DNA of 64,000 nucleotides from Geothrix sp. (GCA_036504495.1 DASXVC010000014.1:2366-66365), one strand, 5' to 3'. Shown: positions 39,518 to 50,558, numbered from the stretch's first letter. A program made the numbers and translations. Notes: generated by a model from the letters alone, not told the origin.

Positions 39518-40486
39518 CTAGTTCTTCTCGCCGCAGCTGGGGCAGATCATGGCCATGCGCGGCAACTGGCGGTAGCAGAAGCGGCAGAGGCGCGATTGCG
39601 TGGCTGCGCGGAGGGTGGGGTGGGGCCCCGAGGAGGTCGAGGAGAGCACCGCAGTGCCCAGGGGGCGGGTCTCGCGGGCCACACTGTCCTTGAGCCGGCG
39701 CAGGGCTTCCAGGAGCGCCTGCGCGGAGAGGTACCGCTCGCCGAGGTTCACGGCCAGGGCCTTCATGACAACTTCGGAAAAGGCCTTGGGCACGATGGGG
39801 TTGCGCAGGTGGGGCGCCATCACCTGCTGGCTGGTGAAGGCCTGGGCGATCTTGAGCGGATCGGCGTCGTAGAAGGGCACGGTGCCCGTGAGCATCTCGT
39901 AGAGCGTGATGCCGAGGGACCAGAGGTCTGACTGGAAGACGGCCCGGCCCCGGAAGTGCTCCGGGGCCATGTAGGGCGGTGAGCCGATGCGGGTGGGCGC
40001 GTAGGGGACGTGCTGCATCTCCAGCACCCGGGACGTGCCGAAGTCGGTGACTTTGGCGATGCCTTCCTTGTTTACCAGGATGTTCGCGGGACGCAGGTCC
40101 CGATGGAGGATCTGGTGGCCGTGGGCGAAGGCGATGGCGCTGCAGATGTCCAGCCCGATCTCCAGGGCCCGGGCCGGGGGCAGGGTGCGTTCGCGGCGGA
40201 TGAGGCGGTCCAGCCCCTCGCCCTCCACATATTCGAGCACCATGAAGAAGATGCCGTTCTTCCGCTCGACCGTGATGAGCTCGACGATGTTCGGGTGCTT
40301 CAGGCCCGCCATGATGCGGGGCTCCTTCAGCAGGTCCACGATCTCGTCCTGCTGCTGGTGCGGCACCTTCAGGGCCACCTTGCGGTTCACCCAGGTGTCC
40401 AAGGCCAGGTACACGGCCCCGAATCCACCGGACCCGAGGCGGTCCAGGATCTGGTATTTGCCCAGGGTTTGATCCTTGGAAAGCAC
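39518..40486 (-). CDS. Hanks-type Ser/Thr protein kinase with C-terminal zinc ribbon
   Basis: GSGGFG, VALK, HRDLRPAN, DFG, YMAPE, SDLWSLG; tail CRFC...CPSCG. Confidence 0.93.
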   Translation of the reverse strand: MLSKDQTLGKYQILDRLGSGGFGAVYLALDTWVNRKVALKVPHQQQDEIVDLLKEPRIMAGLKHPNIVELITVERKNGIFFMVLEYVEGEGLDRLIRRERTLPPARALEIGLDICSAIAFAHGHQILHRDLRPANILVNKEGIAKVTDFGTSRVLEMQHVPYAPTRIGSPPYMAPEHFRGRAVFQSDLWSLGITLYEMLTGTVPFYDADPLKIAQAFTSQQVMAPHLRNPIVPKAFSEVVMKALAVNLGERYLSAQALLEALRRLKDSVARETRPLGTAVLSSTSSGPHPTLRAATQSRLCRFCYRQLPRMAMICPSCGEKN

Positions 40487-40547
40487 GGGTGCGGGCTCCG
40501 AAACGATGGAACCAGCATGACCGAAACGGGGCGCCGCTCCTAGGAAC

Positions 40548-42167
40548 CTATTCCAGGATGCGATCCAGGAAGGAGGGCTGCTCCTCCCAGGCGGCGGTCA
40601 GGTGGCGGATCCGTGGACGGGCCTCCACGCCCAATCCGTAGGCCTTCCGGAAGACCGCCCGGTCCTCCACGGTGGCGCGGTGGTGCTGGCGCAGGTGCTC
40701 GCCCCAGCTGGAGCTGAGGAAGCTCTCCACGAAGCGGACCTGGCCCGGGTCCGGCGGTACCAGATCCTGGAAGAGGGACCAGCGCACGGCGCCATCCCGG
40801 ATGCGGATGCGGCGGACCTCCCGCATGGCCGCCTGGAATTCGGCATTCCGTTCCTCGGGCACCCGGTATTCCAGCACGGTGAGGATCGGCCCTTCATCGG
40901 GATGGATGGGGCTGGGCGAATGGGGCTGGAGGTGGTGGGGGCTCAGGTCCAGCGGCTCATGGAGGGCCTGGATCTTCAATCGGGCGGTGATGGCGAGAAA
41001 TACGAGCATCCCGGCCCCGGCTCCGGCGAAGGCGGCGTGGATGCCCCAGCGCTCACCCACCCAGCCCCAGAAGGCCGCACCGCCGGCCATGGCGCCGCCC
41101 CAGACGGTGATGTAGACCCCCAGGGCCCGGGCCCGCACCCAGGAGGGCACGGACAGCTGGACGCCGGTGTTGCAGGTGCTCAGGACCGTGAGCCAGCCCG
41201 CGCCGCAGACCAGGAGGACCAGGCCGGTGGAGAAGGCGTGATCGAGGAAGGCCAGCACCAGCAATCCCATCGCGAAGGTGGTGGTGGCCGCGGCCATCAG
41301 GGTGTTCGGGTCGGCTTTCTGCCGGAGGGTCGGCAGGATCAGCGTCGCCCCGACCGCCCCCGCCCCGGTGCAGCCGAGCAGCAGGCCGAAGGCCGTGGAG
41401 CCCAGGTGGAGCCGGTGGATGGCGAGGGTGGGCAGCAGCGAGAAGATGGGCCCCCCGAAGAACACGAAGCCGCCGCCCCGCAGCAGGATCACCTGGAGGG
41501 CCTTGCGATGGCGCGTGTAGCGGAGGCCGACCTTCATGGCCGCGACGAACCGTTCGGCCGGCAGGTCCGTGGTGACGGGCCGGCGCTTCCATCCCTTCAG
41601 GACCACGAGGACGCCCACAAAGGAGACGGCATTGAGGGCAAAAGCCCAGGTGGCGCCCAGCCACCCCACCACCAGGCCGCCCAGGGCAGGGCCCACGGCG
41701 CGGCTCACATTGAAGCCCGCGCTGTTCAGGGCCACGCCTGTGGCGATCTGATCCTTGGGGACCAGGTCCGGCACCGAGGCCTGCCAGGCGGGGGCGTTGA
41801 GCGCGGCTCCCACCCCCAGCAGCAGCGACATGCTGATGAGTACGCCGGGGGTCACCAGATGGAGGGCCGAGAGGAGGGCCATGCCCGCCGCGGCCAGGAG
41901 CATCCAAGTCTGGGTGATCAAGAGGAGGCGGCGGCGGTCGACGATGTCCGCGATGGCGCCGCCGGGCATGGACAGGATGAGCATGGGCAGCGTGGAGCCC
42001 GTTTCGATGAGGCTCATGAGCAGCGGGGACCGGGTGATTTCACCCATGAGCCACTTCTCGCCCACGCTCTGGATCCAGGTGCCCATGTTCGAAGCCATGG
42101 CCGCGATCCAGATCGCGAGGAACAGGCGGCTCCGGAGCGGAGCGAAAGGATCCTTGGCGTCGGTCAC
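40548..42167 (-). CDS. MFS transporter (MFS_3/DUF894 family, with C-terminal soluble domain)
   Basis: ASNMGTW, GAIADIVDRRR, NVSRAVGPALGG, RIRDGA..W, SWGEHLRQH. Confidence 0.9.
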   Translation of the reverse strand: MTDAKDPFAPLRSRLFLAIWIAAMASNMGTWIQSVGEKWLMGEITRSPLLMSLIETGSTLPMLILSMPGGAIADIVDRRRLLLITQTWMLLAAAGMALLSALHLVTPGVLISMSLLLGVGAALNAPAWQASVPDLVPKDQIATGVALNSAGFNVSRAVGPALGGLVVGWLGATWAFALNAVSFVGVLVVLKGWKRRPVTTDLPAERFVAAMKVGLRYTRHRKALQVILLRGGGFVFFGGPIFSLLPTLAIHRLHLGSTAFGLLLGCTGAGAVGATLILPTLRQKADPNTLMAAATTTFAMGLLVLAFLDHAFSTGLVLLVCGAGWLTVLSTCNTGVQLSVPSWVRARALGVYITVWGGAMAGGAAFWGWVGERWGIHAAFAGAGAGMLVFLAITARLKIQALHEPLDLSPHHLQPHSPSPIHPDEGPILTVLEYRVPEERNAEFQAAMREVRRIRIRDGAVRWSLFQDLVPPDPGQVRFVESFLSSSWGEHLRQHHRATVEDRAVFRKAYGLGVEARPRIRHLTAAWEEQPSFLDRILE

Positions 42168-42202
42168 GGGCTTAGGCTATCCAGGGAGTTCAACTAATAA
42201 CT

Positions 42203-42292
42203 TCACCACCAAGACACCAAGGCACCAAGAAAAGCAAAAAGAACTTCTTTTGTCATTCTTGGTGTCTTGGTGTCTTGGTGTCTTGGTGGTGA
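42203..42292. repeat. Inverted-repeat element, CACCAAGR 8-mer family
   Basis: TCACCACCAAGACACCAAGGCACCAAG...CTTGGTGTCTTGGTGTCTTGGTGTCTTGGTGGTGA just downstream of rpoD. Confidence 0.85.
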
Positions 42293-42321
42293 TCTTCTGG
42301 TTCTGATTCCAAAAAAGTGCC

Positions 42322-44046
42322 TTAGCCCAGGAACGCCTTGAGGGTCTTGGAATAACGCGGGTGGCGAATCTTGCGCAGGGCCTTGGACTCGATCTGGCGG
42401 ATGCGCTCGCGGGTGACGGCGAACTCGCTGCCGACCTCCTCCAGCGTGTGTTCGGAGCCGTCGTCGCCCACGCCGAAGCGCATGCGGAGGACGCGCTCTT
42501 CGCGCTCGCTGAGGGTGTTGAGGACATTGCGGACGGTCTCCTTGAGGCGCTGCTGCACGACCTGCTCCACGGGGGAGACCACGGTCTTGTCCTCGATGAA
42601 ATCGCCCAGGTGGGAATCCTCCTCCTCGCCGATGGGCGTTTCGAGGGAGATGGGCTCCTGCGCGATCTTCATCACCTTGCGGACCTTGCCCACGGGCATG
42701 TCCATGGCGTGCGCGATCTCCTCGCTGGAGGGTTCGCGGCCCAGCTTCTGCACCAACTCGCGCTGAGTGCGGATGAGCTTGTTGATGGTCTCGATCATGT
42801 GCACGGGGATGCGGATGGTGCGGGCCTGGTCCGCGATGGCGCGGGTGATGGCCTGCCGGATCCACCAGGTGGCGTAGGTGGAGAACTTGAAGCCGCGGCT
42901 GTATTCGAACTTGTCCACGGCCTTCATGAGCCCGATGTTGCCCTCCTGGATGAGGTCCAGGAACTGGAGGCCACGGTTGGTGTAGCGCTTGGCGATGCTG
43001 ACCACGAGGCGGAGGTTGGCCTCGATGAGCTCGGCCTTGGCGCCGCGGCTGATGCTTTCCGCGGCCTTGAGGCCGTTGAAGTCCTTGTGGAACTGCTCGC
43101 TGGTGGTCTCGTACTTGATGAAGAAGTCGGCGAGGGTCTTCTCGATGTGGGCCAGCTCGTCCTTGTAGCGGTCCTTCAGCTTGGCGAACGCGGGGTTCTT
43201 GAGGCGGTCCCGGAGCTCGCGGCACTTGCGCTCGCCGGTCATCACCTGGCTGTGCTGGTGGGTGATGCGGTCGATGAGGCGCGTGACAGCCAGGCTGTTG
43301 AGGCCCAGCTTGCGGATCTGGCGGGACAGGCGGCCGCGGGCCTGGAGGAGCTCACGGTCGAGCTTGCGCTTCTTGGGCAGGGTCTTGGTGCCGGCATCCA
43401 CCTGGAGCTTCAGGTCCAGCAGGTCCTGGAGGGCCTGGTCATAGACCAGCAGCTTCTCGAACTGGTGATGCACGTGCTGGGTGGCGGAGGTGCTCTCGGC
43501 ATCCTCATCGTCATCCACCTCGTCGGAAAGGCCCACGACTTCGCGGATCTTCCCGGGGTTCTCCTTGAGCATCTTGCCGATGTCAATCAGCAGGCTGGCG
43601 GCCAGACGGGACCGGGAGAGGGCCCGCATGACGCTGCGGACGCCGACCTCGATGCGCTTGGCGATCTCGACCTCGTCCTCGCGCTTGAGGAGGGGCACGG
43701 TGCCCATCTCCTTGAGGTACATGCGGACCGGGTCGTTGAACTTGTCGCTGTCGGGGCTGTCGATCTCGACTTCGAGATCCTTATCCGTCTTCCCGCCGCC
43801 CTCCACCATGATGAATTCGGGCTCGATGGCTTCACGGGCCGCGAGAGCCTCCTCCTCCGTGGCGCCGACGCCCACTCCGAGACGCGCGAACAGGCCGAGG
43901 GCCGTCTCCAGATCCAGGGGGTTGGAAGCAGTGTCGGGGAGGAAATCATTGAGCTGGTCGACCAGCAGGAATCCGTTTTTCCTTCCGATGGAGATCAGGG
44001 CTTTGGTCAGGGCGTAGTAGGCATCACGTGGCGGCGTCGGAACCAT
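42322..44046 (-). CDS. rpoD: RNA polymerase primary sigma factor
   Basis: [45 protein letters not shown]...[10 protein letters not shown]; downstream of dnaG. Confidence 0.97.
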   Translation of the reverse strand: MVPTPPRDAYYALTKALISIGRKNGFLLVDQLNDFLPDTASNPLDLETALGLFARLGVGVGATEEEALAAREAIEPEFIMVEGGGKTDKDLEVEIDSPDSDKFNDPVRMYLKEMGTVPLLKREDEVEIAKRIEVGVRSVMRALSRSRLAASLLIDIGKMLKENPGKIREVVGLSDEVDDDEDAESTSATQHVHHQFEKLLVYDQALQDLLDLKLQVDAGTKTLPKKRKLDRELLQARGRLSRQIRKLGLNSLAVTRLIDRITHQHSQVMTGERKCRELRDRLKNPAFAKLKDRYKDELAHIEKTLADFFIKYETTSEQFHKDFNGLKAAESISRGAKAELIEANLRLVVSIAKRYTNRGLQFLDLIQEGNIGLMKAVDKFEYSRGFKFSTYATWWIRQAITRAIADQARTIRIPVHMIETINKLIRTQRELVQKLGREPSSEEIAHAMDMPVGKVRKVMKIAQEPISLETPIGEEEDSHLGDFIEDKTVVSPVEQVVQQRLKETVRNVLNTLSEREERVLRMRFGVGDDGSEHTLEEVGSEFAVTRERIRQIESKALRKIRHPRYSKTLKAFLG

Positions 44047-44202
44047 TCGGACCTCAAAGAGCGGTGCGGCATCGGGCCAGCGGGCGGGGGGACCCGGCGG
44101 CCGAGGGGAATGCAGAACACGGCCAATGTACCGGGCCGAGTCCGGAACTTTTCAGTATAGGGGATCTGCGAGTTCAGGCAAGGGCTGGGATCCGGCAGGG
44201 CC

Positions 44203-45930
44203 TCAACGGGGGCCTCTCCGTCGGCGTGACAGCTCCTTCTGGCGGGCCAGGAGATCATTCTGCCTGGTCATCACCCGGTTGGTAAGGGCCGCATCCACCA
44301 ACGTGCGGGGATCCTGCAGCAACCGGTTGTTGGCCTGGATCTCCCGGTCCACATAGCCGCCTTCGAGCTTCGCAAACAGGGCTTCGGCATCCCGGCCGGC
44401 CTCATCCTGGCGGCTGGCCTGGGCCTCCAGGTGGCGGAGGGCGGCGATGGCCCCTTCGGGCAGCTGGGCGAGGTCCCCATCGGCGTCCAGCAGGGCCTGG
44501 AGCAGGGGCGCTCCCTCCAGGCTTTCCCACCAGGCAGGTGGAATGTCCTGCACGCGCCGCCACTGGCCGGCCGAGCTCAGGAGCAGGAGGCCGCGGATCA
44601 GGTCGTCGAGCTCGGGGAGGATCGGGGCGGCCGGACTGGGCTCATCGGAGGGCCGGACTGGCGCCTGCCGGCCCTTCACGGCCCGGTCCAGCTCCTGCAG
44701 GGGCACCTGGAGCTGGTGGGCCAGGCTGGCGAAGAGATCGCGGCTTTCGGTGGTGCGCGGCAGGTAGGGCAGGAAATCCAGCAGATCCTTGAAGGCCCCC
44801 ATGCGATCCGTGATGCGGCGGAGGTCCTTGCCCTCCATGGCCCGGTCCACCATGAAAGCGGTCCAATCCGGCACCGTCCGCAGCAGGTCCTGGAAGGCTT
44901 CGCCACCCAGCTTGAGGCACCAGGTATCGGGATCCTCGCCTTGGGGCAGCTCCAGCAGGCGCACCTCGAACCCCAGGGGCAGGGCCATCCGCAGGCTTTT
45001 TTCCATGGCCCGGCGGCCCGCGGCGTCACCATCGAAGCAGAGGATGACCCGCCGGGTGAAGCGTCCCAGCTGTTTCAGGTGTTCTTCAGTTAGGGCCGTG
45101 CCCAGGGGCGCCACAGCCTGATGGATGCCGTGCTGGTGGAGCTGCAGCACATCGAAATAGCCTTCCACCACCAGGGCGCCGTCCTTCATGGCCCCCTTGG
45201 CCCGGTGGAAGCCGAAGAGAGTCTCGCCCTTGTGGAAGAGGGCGGTGTCGCGGGTGTTGAGGTACTTGGGCTGGCCCTCGCCCATGATCCTTCCGCCGAA
45301 GGCCACCAGGCGCCCCCGGGCATCATGGATGGGGATGGTGAGGCGGTTGCGGAGGAAGTCGATCTGGGTGCCGCGCTCGCTGCGGCTGGCCAGGCCGGCC
45401 TGTTCGAGCAGCTCGCCGGAGAAGTTCAGGCCGCGCAGGTGCGTCACCAGGGGATCCCAGCCGTCCGGCGCCATCCCGAAGCCCGCCTCGGCCACAAAGG
45501 GCCCTTCATAGCCCCGCTGGCGCAGGTAGGTCCGGGCGGCCTCGTGCCGCTCCAGCTGCCGCTCGTAGAAGGACTGGGCCGCCTCCAGGGCCGCCCGCAT
45601 CCGGGTCTCCAGGTCCACCTCGGCCGCCGGGCGCTCCCGGTGCTGGGGCAGGTCGATGCCCGCGGCACGGGCCAGCTGCTCCAGGGCCTCGGGGAAGGTC
45701 ATGCCCTCGCGTTCCATGAGCCAGGCGAAGGCGTCCCCGTGCTTGCCGCAGCCGAAGCAGTGGTAGAAACCCCGGTTGGCCACGACCTGGAAGCTGGGGC
45801 TGCGCTCGGCGTGGAAGGGGCAGAGGCCCACATGGGCCGAGCCCTGCTTGCGCAGCTTCACCGCCTGGCCCACCAGGGCCAGCAGGTCCGTGGCGTCCCG
45901 GACGCGCTCGACGATTTCGCGGTCACGCAT
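44203..45930 (-). CDS. dnaG: DNA primase
   Basis: CPFH...CFGC zinc finger, FGGR, PKYLN, VEGYFDV, FDGDAAG, DPD. Confidence 0.97.
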   Translation of the reverse strand: MRDREIVERVRDATDLLALVGQAVKLRKQGSAHVGLCPFHAERSPSFQVVANRGFYHCFGCGKHGDAFAWLMEREGMTFPEALEQLARAAGIDLPQHRERPAAEVDLETRMRAALEAAQSFYERQLERHEAARTYLRQRGYEGPFVAEAGFGMAPDGWDPLVTHLRGLNFSGELLEQAGLASRSERGTQIDFLRNRLTIPIHDARGRLVAFGGRIMGEGQPKYLNTRDTALFHKGETLFGFHRAKGAMKDGALVVEGYFDVLQLHQHGIHQAVAPLGTALTEEHLKQLGRFTRRVILCFDGDAAGRRAMEKSLRMALPLGFEVRLLELPQGEDPDTWCLKLGGEAFQDLLRTVPDWTAFMVDRAMEGKDLRRITDRMGAFKDLLDFLPYLPRTTESRDLFASLAHQLQVPLQELDRAVKGRQAPVRPSDEPSPAAPILPELDDLIRGLLLLSSAGQWRRVQDIPPAWWESLEGAPLLQALLDADGDLAQLPEGAIAALRHLEAQASRQDEAGRDAEALFAKLEGGYVDREIQANNRLLQDPRTLVDAALTNRVMTRQNDLLARQKELSRRRRGPR

Positions 45931-45999
45931 GCTTCAGGCATAACATGAGCGCGGCCGAAAGTGTCGTGGCATGCTTGAGGATTCGCACGGCGGAACCCC

Positions 46000-46989
46000 A
46001 TGACCCAGCTTCTCGACACCATTCTTCTCTTCAGCCTGCCGGCTTCGGGCAAGTCGGAGGTGCGCCGCTACCTGGCCAGCCTCACTCCGGACCAGTGCCG
46101 GAACGACTTCCACATGGGGCCGACCCTCCAGCTGGACGACTACCCCTACGTGCACCTCATGCACCGCATCGACGACGAGCTGAAGGCCAGCGGCCTGGGC
46201 TACGCCTATTACCACGGGCCCAGCCGCCCCTTCCGGGACAACTGGACCTGGGCGGTCCTCATCGAGCTGCTGAACGAGGACTACGCCAATCTCATGGCCA
46301 GCCGCCACCTTGAAGTGGCCAGTGCGGCGCAGCACCTCTTCGACCGTCTGGACGCGGCTCATGCCCGGGTGGGCCTGTCCCAGCCCCTGGGGGAGATTCC
46401 CCACCGCATCCGCGTGCGCATGGCCGAGGCCCTGGAAGTGCCGTGCCGGGCCGAGCTGGACACCCTCAACCGCCAGAACGCCCTGGATAAGGCTGGGCGC
46501 ACCCTGGTGATCGAGGCCGCCCGCGGCGGCGCCCACGGCTCAGCCTTCCCCCTGTGCCCGCCCCACGGTTATGACACGGCCTTCCAGACCCTCTCGCCGG
46601 TCATCCTCGAAAAGGCCTCCGTCCTCTACGTCTGGGTGGACCCCACCGAAAGCCGCCGCAAGAACATCGAGCGGGGCCGGCCCGATGGGCAGGGCAGCAT
46701 CCTGCACCACAGCGTGCCCATGGAAGTCATGCTGGGCCAGTACGGCACGGACGACATGGCCTGGCTCATGGAGCAGAGCGACCGCCACGGCACCATCCGC
46801 GTGGAGCGCACCATCCAGGCCGGCGACCGCTACGAGACGAAGATCTACCACCTCCCCGTGGCCCGCTTCGACAACCGGAACGACCTCACGACCTTCGTCC
46901 GCGAAGACCAGAAGCTCTGGAAATCCGCCGATGTCCAGGCCATCCACAGCGGCCTCAAGGCAGCCTTTGACCAGCTGGCAAAAAGATAA
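46000..46989 (+). CDS. Hypothetical protein with a degenerate N-terminal P-loop
   Basis: ILLFSLPASGKSE then QLDDYPY; strong coding codon bias; function unknown. Confidence 0.75.
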   Translation: MTQLLDTILLFSLPASGKSEVRRYLASLTPDQCRNDFHMGPTLQLDDYPYVHLMHRIDDELKASGLGYAYYHGPSRPFRDNWTWAVLIELLNEDYANLMASRHLEVASAAQHLFDRLDAAHARVGLSQPLGEIPHRIRVRMAEALEVPCRAELDTLNRQNALDKAGRTLVIEAARGGAHGSAFPLCPPHGYDTAFQTLSPVILEKASVLYVWVDPTESRRKNIERGRPDGQGSILHHSVPMEVMLGQYGTDDMAWLMEQSDRHGTIRVERTIQAGDRYETKIYHLPVARFDNRNDLTTFVREDQKLWKSADVQAIHSGLKAAFDQLAKR

Positions 46990-46997
46990 AAAGCTTC

Positions 46998-47066
46998 AAC
47001 CGCAGAGGGCGCAGAGATCGCAGAGGGAATCTGCTTTTCTCTGCGCCCTCTGCGTTCTCTGCGGTT
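46998..47066. repeat. Inverted-repeat element, CGCAGAGRR 9-mer family
   Basis: AACCGCAGAGGGCGCAGAGATCGCAGAG...CTCTGCGCCCTCTGCGTTCTCTGCGGTT between convergent genes. Confidence 0.85.
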
Positions 47067-47076
47067 AAACGTCTTT

Positions 47077-48420
47077 TCAGTGCGCTCCGGCGCCCGCCTT
47101 GGCGTGCCAGATGCGGGTCATGATGAAGGCGCCGAGCAGGCTGAAGGGGATGATGGAGCCCACCCAGATCCAGGCGTGGGCGGGCTGGTGGCCGTGGGTG
47201 GCCACGCCATCCCAACCGAAGGTCTTGAGGATCCAGCCAAGGCCGAAGCCGGTGAGGCCTGAGCCGATGTACTGGATGCCATCCAGGGCGCCGGTGACCG
47301 TGGCCGCCGCTTTGCGTCCCCCGAAGTCCATGCTGGCGGTGCCGCTGAGCATGCCGTGGACGCCGAAGATGAACATGGCTGTGAGCCCCAGCAGCAGCAC
47401 GGCCCAGACCTGGCCACCCACCGTGCCCTGGCCGAGGGTCATGCCCAGCAGCCCCAGCATCACCACCTGCACCAGGTAGAAGAGGAACGCCACCGGGGGA
47501 CGGCGCGACTGGAACAGCTTGTCGCTCATCCAGCCGCAGAGCAGGCCGCCAAGGATGCCGCCACCCATGAAGGCGATGCCCGTCCACCAGAAGAGGTGCT
47601 CCTTCTTGCCGAGGTGGTAGACCTCCTGCAGGTACTCGGTGAAATAGAGCATCACGCCCTGGCGCACGAATCCGGTGCAGAACTCCGCGAAGATGAGCGA
47701 GACCACGATCGGGTTGTGGAAGACCTTCCGCATGAGGTCGCCCAGGGGCAGGGGAGTGTCGTCCGCGGAGGCGGCATTGGAGCCGTCGCCGGTATCGAAA
47801 TCCGGGTGCCCGGCATGGCTGGGGCGGTTGCGGACCAGGAACCAGTCCACGGCGAACATGAAGGTCATGGCGGCGGCGGGCACGAACCAGATGACGGTCC
47901 AGCTGCGGAAGCTGGCCAGCAGCCAGGCGCCGATGGTGGTGGCCAGGAAGTAGCCGGAGCTGATCATGATTCCGAAGATGCCGCCGAAGACGCCGCGCTC
48001 CTTCACATGGAACCAGGTGCTGTTCACCTTCACCACGGAGAGGGCCCCGAAGCTCTGGAAGTACATGTTCAGGCTCCAGAGCAGGCTCATGCTCACCAGC
48101 ACCTGGGACGCATCGCCGTTCAGGAACATGAACCCGATGAGCAGGTTCACGAGGGCCGCGCCAATGGCCCCCACGAGGATGGCCTTGCGGCCGCCGATCC
48201 GGTCGGCCAGAGGCCCGTTGAAGGCCACGGCCAGGCCGTAGGTCCAGAAGCCCGCGGAGGCGATGAGCCCCATCTCCGCCTTGTCGAGGTGGTACCAGGC
48301 CCCGATGTCGTTCTTCACGATGTTGAAGTTGTAACGGCCCATGTACATGGCCGCGTAGGTCAGCCCCAGGGGGAACCAGTTCATGAACCGGCGGAGGCGA
48401 AAGGCGGGGCTGTGATCCAA
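47077..48420 (-). CDS. MFS transporter, GlpT/UhpT (organophosphate:Pi antiporter)-like
   Basis: YAAMYMGRYN, GPLADRIG, WF..KERG, GWMSDKLF.SRR, AATVTG.LDG.QY.G. Confidence 0.85.
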   Translation of the reverse strand: MDHSPAFRLRRFMNWFPLGLTYAAMYMGRYNFNIVKNDIGAWYHLDKAEMGLIASAGFWTYGLAVAFNGPLADRIGGRKAILVGAIGAALVNLLIGFMFLNGDASQVLVSMSLLWSLNMYFQSFGALSVVKVNSTWFHVKERGVFGGIFGIMISSGYFLATTIGAWLLASFRSWTVIWFVPAAAMTFMFAVDWFLVRNRPSHAGHPDFDTGDGSNAASADDTPLPLGDLMRKVFHNPIVVSLIFAEFCTGFVRQGVMLYFTEYLQEVYHLGKKEHLFWWTGIAFMGGGILGGLLCGWMSDKLFQSRRPPVAFLFYLVQVVMLGLLGMTLGQGTVGGQVWAVLLLGLTAMFIFGVHGMLSGTASMDFGGRKAAATVTGALDGIQYIGSGLTGFGLGWILKTFGWDGVATHGHQPAHAWIWVGSIIPFSLLGAFIMTRIWHAKAGAGAH

Positions 48421-48511
48421 GGGAACCTCGATGCTTCAAGGGTACTGGGGGGCTTCCCGGCGCCCAAGTGACGAGGCTGTAACTCCGGTCAACTCCCGCC
48501 GCTTTGAGAAA

Positions 48512-49057
48512 TCACTCGGCTTTGCGGAAGGTTTCGTCGGTGCCCGTGAGTTCCCAGCTGCCCCGGCGGCGCTCGAAGGTGGCGTGGCGTTGCTTGGTCT
48601 GGCCCACCTTCGCATCCGGATGGAGCGCCTGGAAGATGGGGAACTGGGCCGTGGGCTTCTCCAGCCGGATCTCGTAGATCACGCGGGCGCCCTCGCGGGT
48701 GGGCTCCATGCGGGCGGCGCGGACGAAAACAGCTTCCGCCGCGGGCATGCTGAAGCCCTTGGGGGCGGCCTTGATGGCTTTGGGGGCGGAGGCTTTCAGG
48801 CGGAAGGTGAAGGTTTCGCGGCCACCCTCGTTCTGGACCGCACAGTCGAACCAGCCGCTCTTGTCGAGGTTCTCCTTGAGGGCCGCCAGGCGCAGGTGCT
48901 CGGGGCTGCCCTTTTCCGCCGAGGCCTTCTCGGGGATGGTTACGGGGACCACCACCGGATAGTCCCTGCGGATCAGGTCCTCCGCCTTGCCGCGCTCCAG
49001 CTTGGAGCTGCAGGCCAGTGTGAGGAGCAGGACAGGCAGGAGCAGGGCAGGGCGCAT
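48512..49057 (-). CDS. Hypothetical lipoprotein
   Basis: Signal peptide [12 protein letters not shown] with lipobox. Confidence 0.75.
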   Translation of the reverse strand: MRPALLLPVLLLTLACSSKLERGKAEDLIRRDYPVVVPVTIPEKASAEKGSPEHLRLAALKENLDKSGWFDCAVQNEGGRETFTFRLKASAPKAIKAAPKGFSMPAAEAVFVRAARMEPTREGARVIYEIRLEKPTAQFPIFQALHPDAKVGQTKQRHATFERRRGSWELTGTDETFRKAE

Positions 49058-49166
49058 GGTCATTTCCTTTCCAGTTCGCAAGGATGGTGACACAACCGGG
49101 CGGGACATGACGGGCATCATGGGCACCCCGGAGTATCCTATGGGCCCTGATGATAGGAGACCCGCC

Positions 49167-50360
49167 GTGAATCCTGGCTACCTGGCCCACCTCAACCGTG
49201 AGATCGAGCTGCTGAAGGAAGCGGGGCTCTACAAGACGGAGCGGGTCATCACCTCGCCCCAGCAGCCCCAGATGCAGGCGAACGGTAAGGACGTGGTGTG
49301 CCTCTGCGCCAACAACTACCTCGGTCTGGCCAACCATCCGGAGATCATCCAGGCCGCCAAGTCGGTGATGGACGACCATGGCTTCGGCATGGCCTCGGTG
49401 CGCTTCATCTGCGGCACCCAGGACATCCACCGGGAGCTGGAGCTGAAACTCGCCGCCTTCCTGGGCTTCGAGGACACCCAGCTCTATTCCTCGTGCTTCG
49501 ATGCCAATGGCGCCATCTTCGAAGGCCTGCTCGGCGAGGAGGACGCGATCATCAGTGACGCGCTGAACCACGCCTCCATCATCGACGGCATCCGCCTCTG
49601 CAAGGCCCAGCGCTTCCGCTACGCCAACTCCGACATGGCCGACCTGGAAGCCCAGCTGAAGGCCGCGGATGCCGCGGGCGCCCGGTTCAAGCTGGTGGTC
49701 ACGGATGGCGTCTTCAGCATGGACGGCTACATCGCGAAGCTTGCTGAGATCTGCGATCTGGCTGAAAAGCACGGCGCCATGGTCATGGTGGATGACAGCC
49801 ACGCCGTGGGTTTCATGGGGGTGAATGGCCGTGGCACGCATGAGCACTGTGGCGTCATGGGGCGTGTGGACTTCATGACGGGGACCTTCGGCAAGGCCCT
49901 GGGCGGCGCCTCCGGCGGCTACATCGCCGGCAAGCAGGTGGCCATCGACTGGCTGCGCCAGAAGGCCCGCCCCTACCTGTTCTCGAATTCCGTGGCCCCG
50001 GCCATCGTGGCCGCCACCCTGAAGGTGCTCGACCTCCTGAAAAACAGCCAGGGCCTCATCAAGCAGGTGCATGAGAACGCCCGCTATTTTCGCGCCGGCA
50101 TGGAGAAGGCTGGCTTCAAGCTGCTGCCCGGCGAGCACCCCATCGTGCCCGTGATGCTGTACGAGGCGCCGCTGGCCCAGGAATTCGCCAAGCGCCTGCT
50201 GGACGAGGGCGTCTACGTCATCGGGTTCTTCTTCCCCGTGGTGCCCAAGGGCCAGGCGCGCATCCGCACCCAGATGAGCGCTGCGCATACCCGCGAGGAC
50301 CTGGACCACGCCATCAAGGCCTTCACCAAGGTGGGCCGCGAGCTGGGTGTGATCAGCTAG
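49167..50360 (+). CDS. kbl: Glycine C-acetyltransferase (2-amino-3-ketobutyrate CoA ligase)
   Basis: [52 protein letters not shown]; AGGAGA RBS before GTG. Confidence 0.96.
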   Translation: MNPGYLAHLNREIELLKEAGLYKTERVITSPQQPQMQANGKDVVCLCANNYLGLANHPEIIQAAKSVMDDHGFGMASVRFICGTQDIHRELELKLAAFLGFEDTQLYSSCFDANGAIFEGLLGEEDAIISDALNHASIIDGIRLCKAQRFRYANSDMADLEAQLKAADAAGARFKLVVTDGVFSMDGYIAKLAEICDLAEKHGAMVMVDDSHAVGFMGVNGRGTHEHCGVMGRVDFMTGTFGKALGGASGGYIAGKQVAIDWLRQKARPYLFSNSVAPAIVAATLKVLDLLKNSQGLIKQVHENARYFRAGMEKAGFKLLPGEHPIVPVMLYEAPLAQEFAKRLLDEGVYVIGFFFPVVPKGQARIRTQMSAAHTREDLDHAIKAFTKVGRELGVIS

Positions 50361-50549
50361 GGTCTGTTTTCAAAGTGGGGTGTGGCCGCGCAAGGGGCGC
50401 CGCCCCTTGCCCTCCGGGACGTCGCCCAGCCGCACCCCTGGCTACGTTGACGGCCTCGAACGATGTCCCGCATCGCCCTTCGGCCGCCGTCTTGCCATGA
50501 GCGCGGCTGGTCGCCGTCGCGGCTCGCATCCACTTTGAAAACAGACCCT
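50359..50549. mobile_element. Putative MITE, 191 bp, 20-bp perfect terminal inverted repeats
   Basis: AGGGTCTGTTTTCAAAGTGG ... CCACTTTGAAAACAGACCCT; structured interior; overlaps the kbl stop codon (CTAG). Confidence 0.75.
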
Positions 50550-50558
50550 GGCCCTTTC

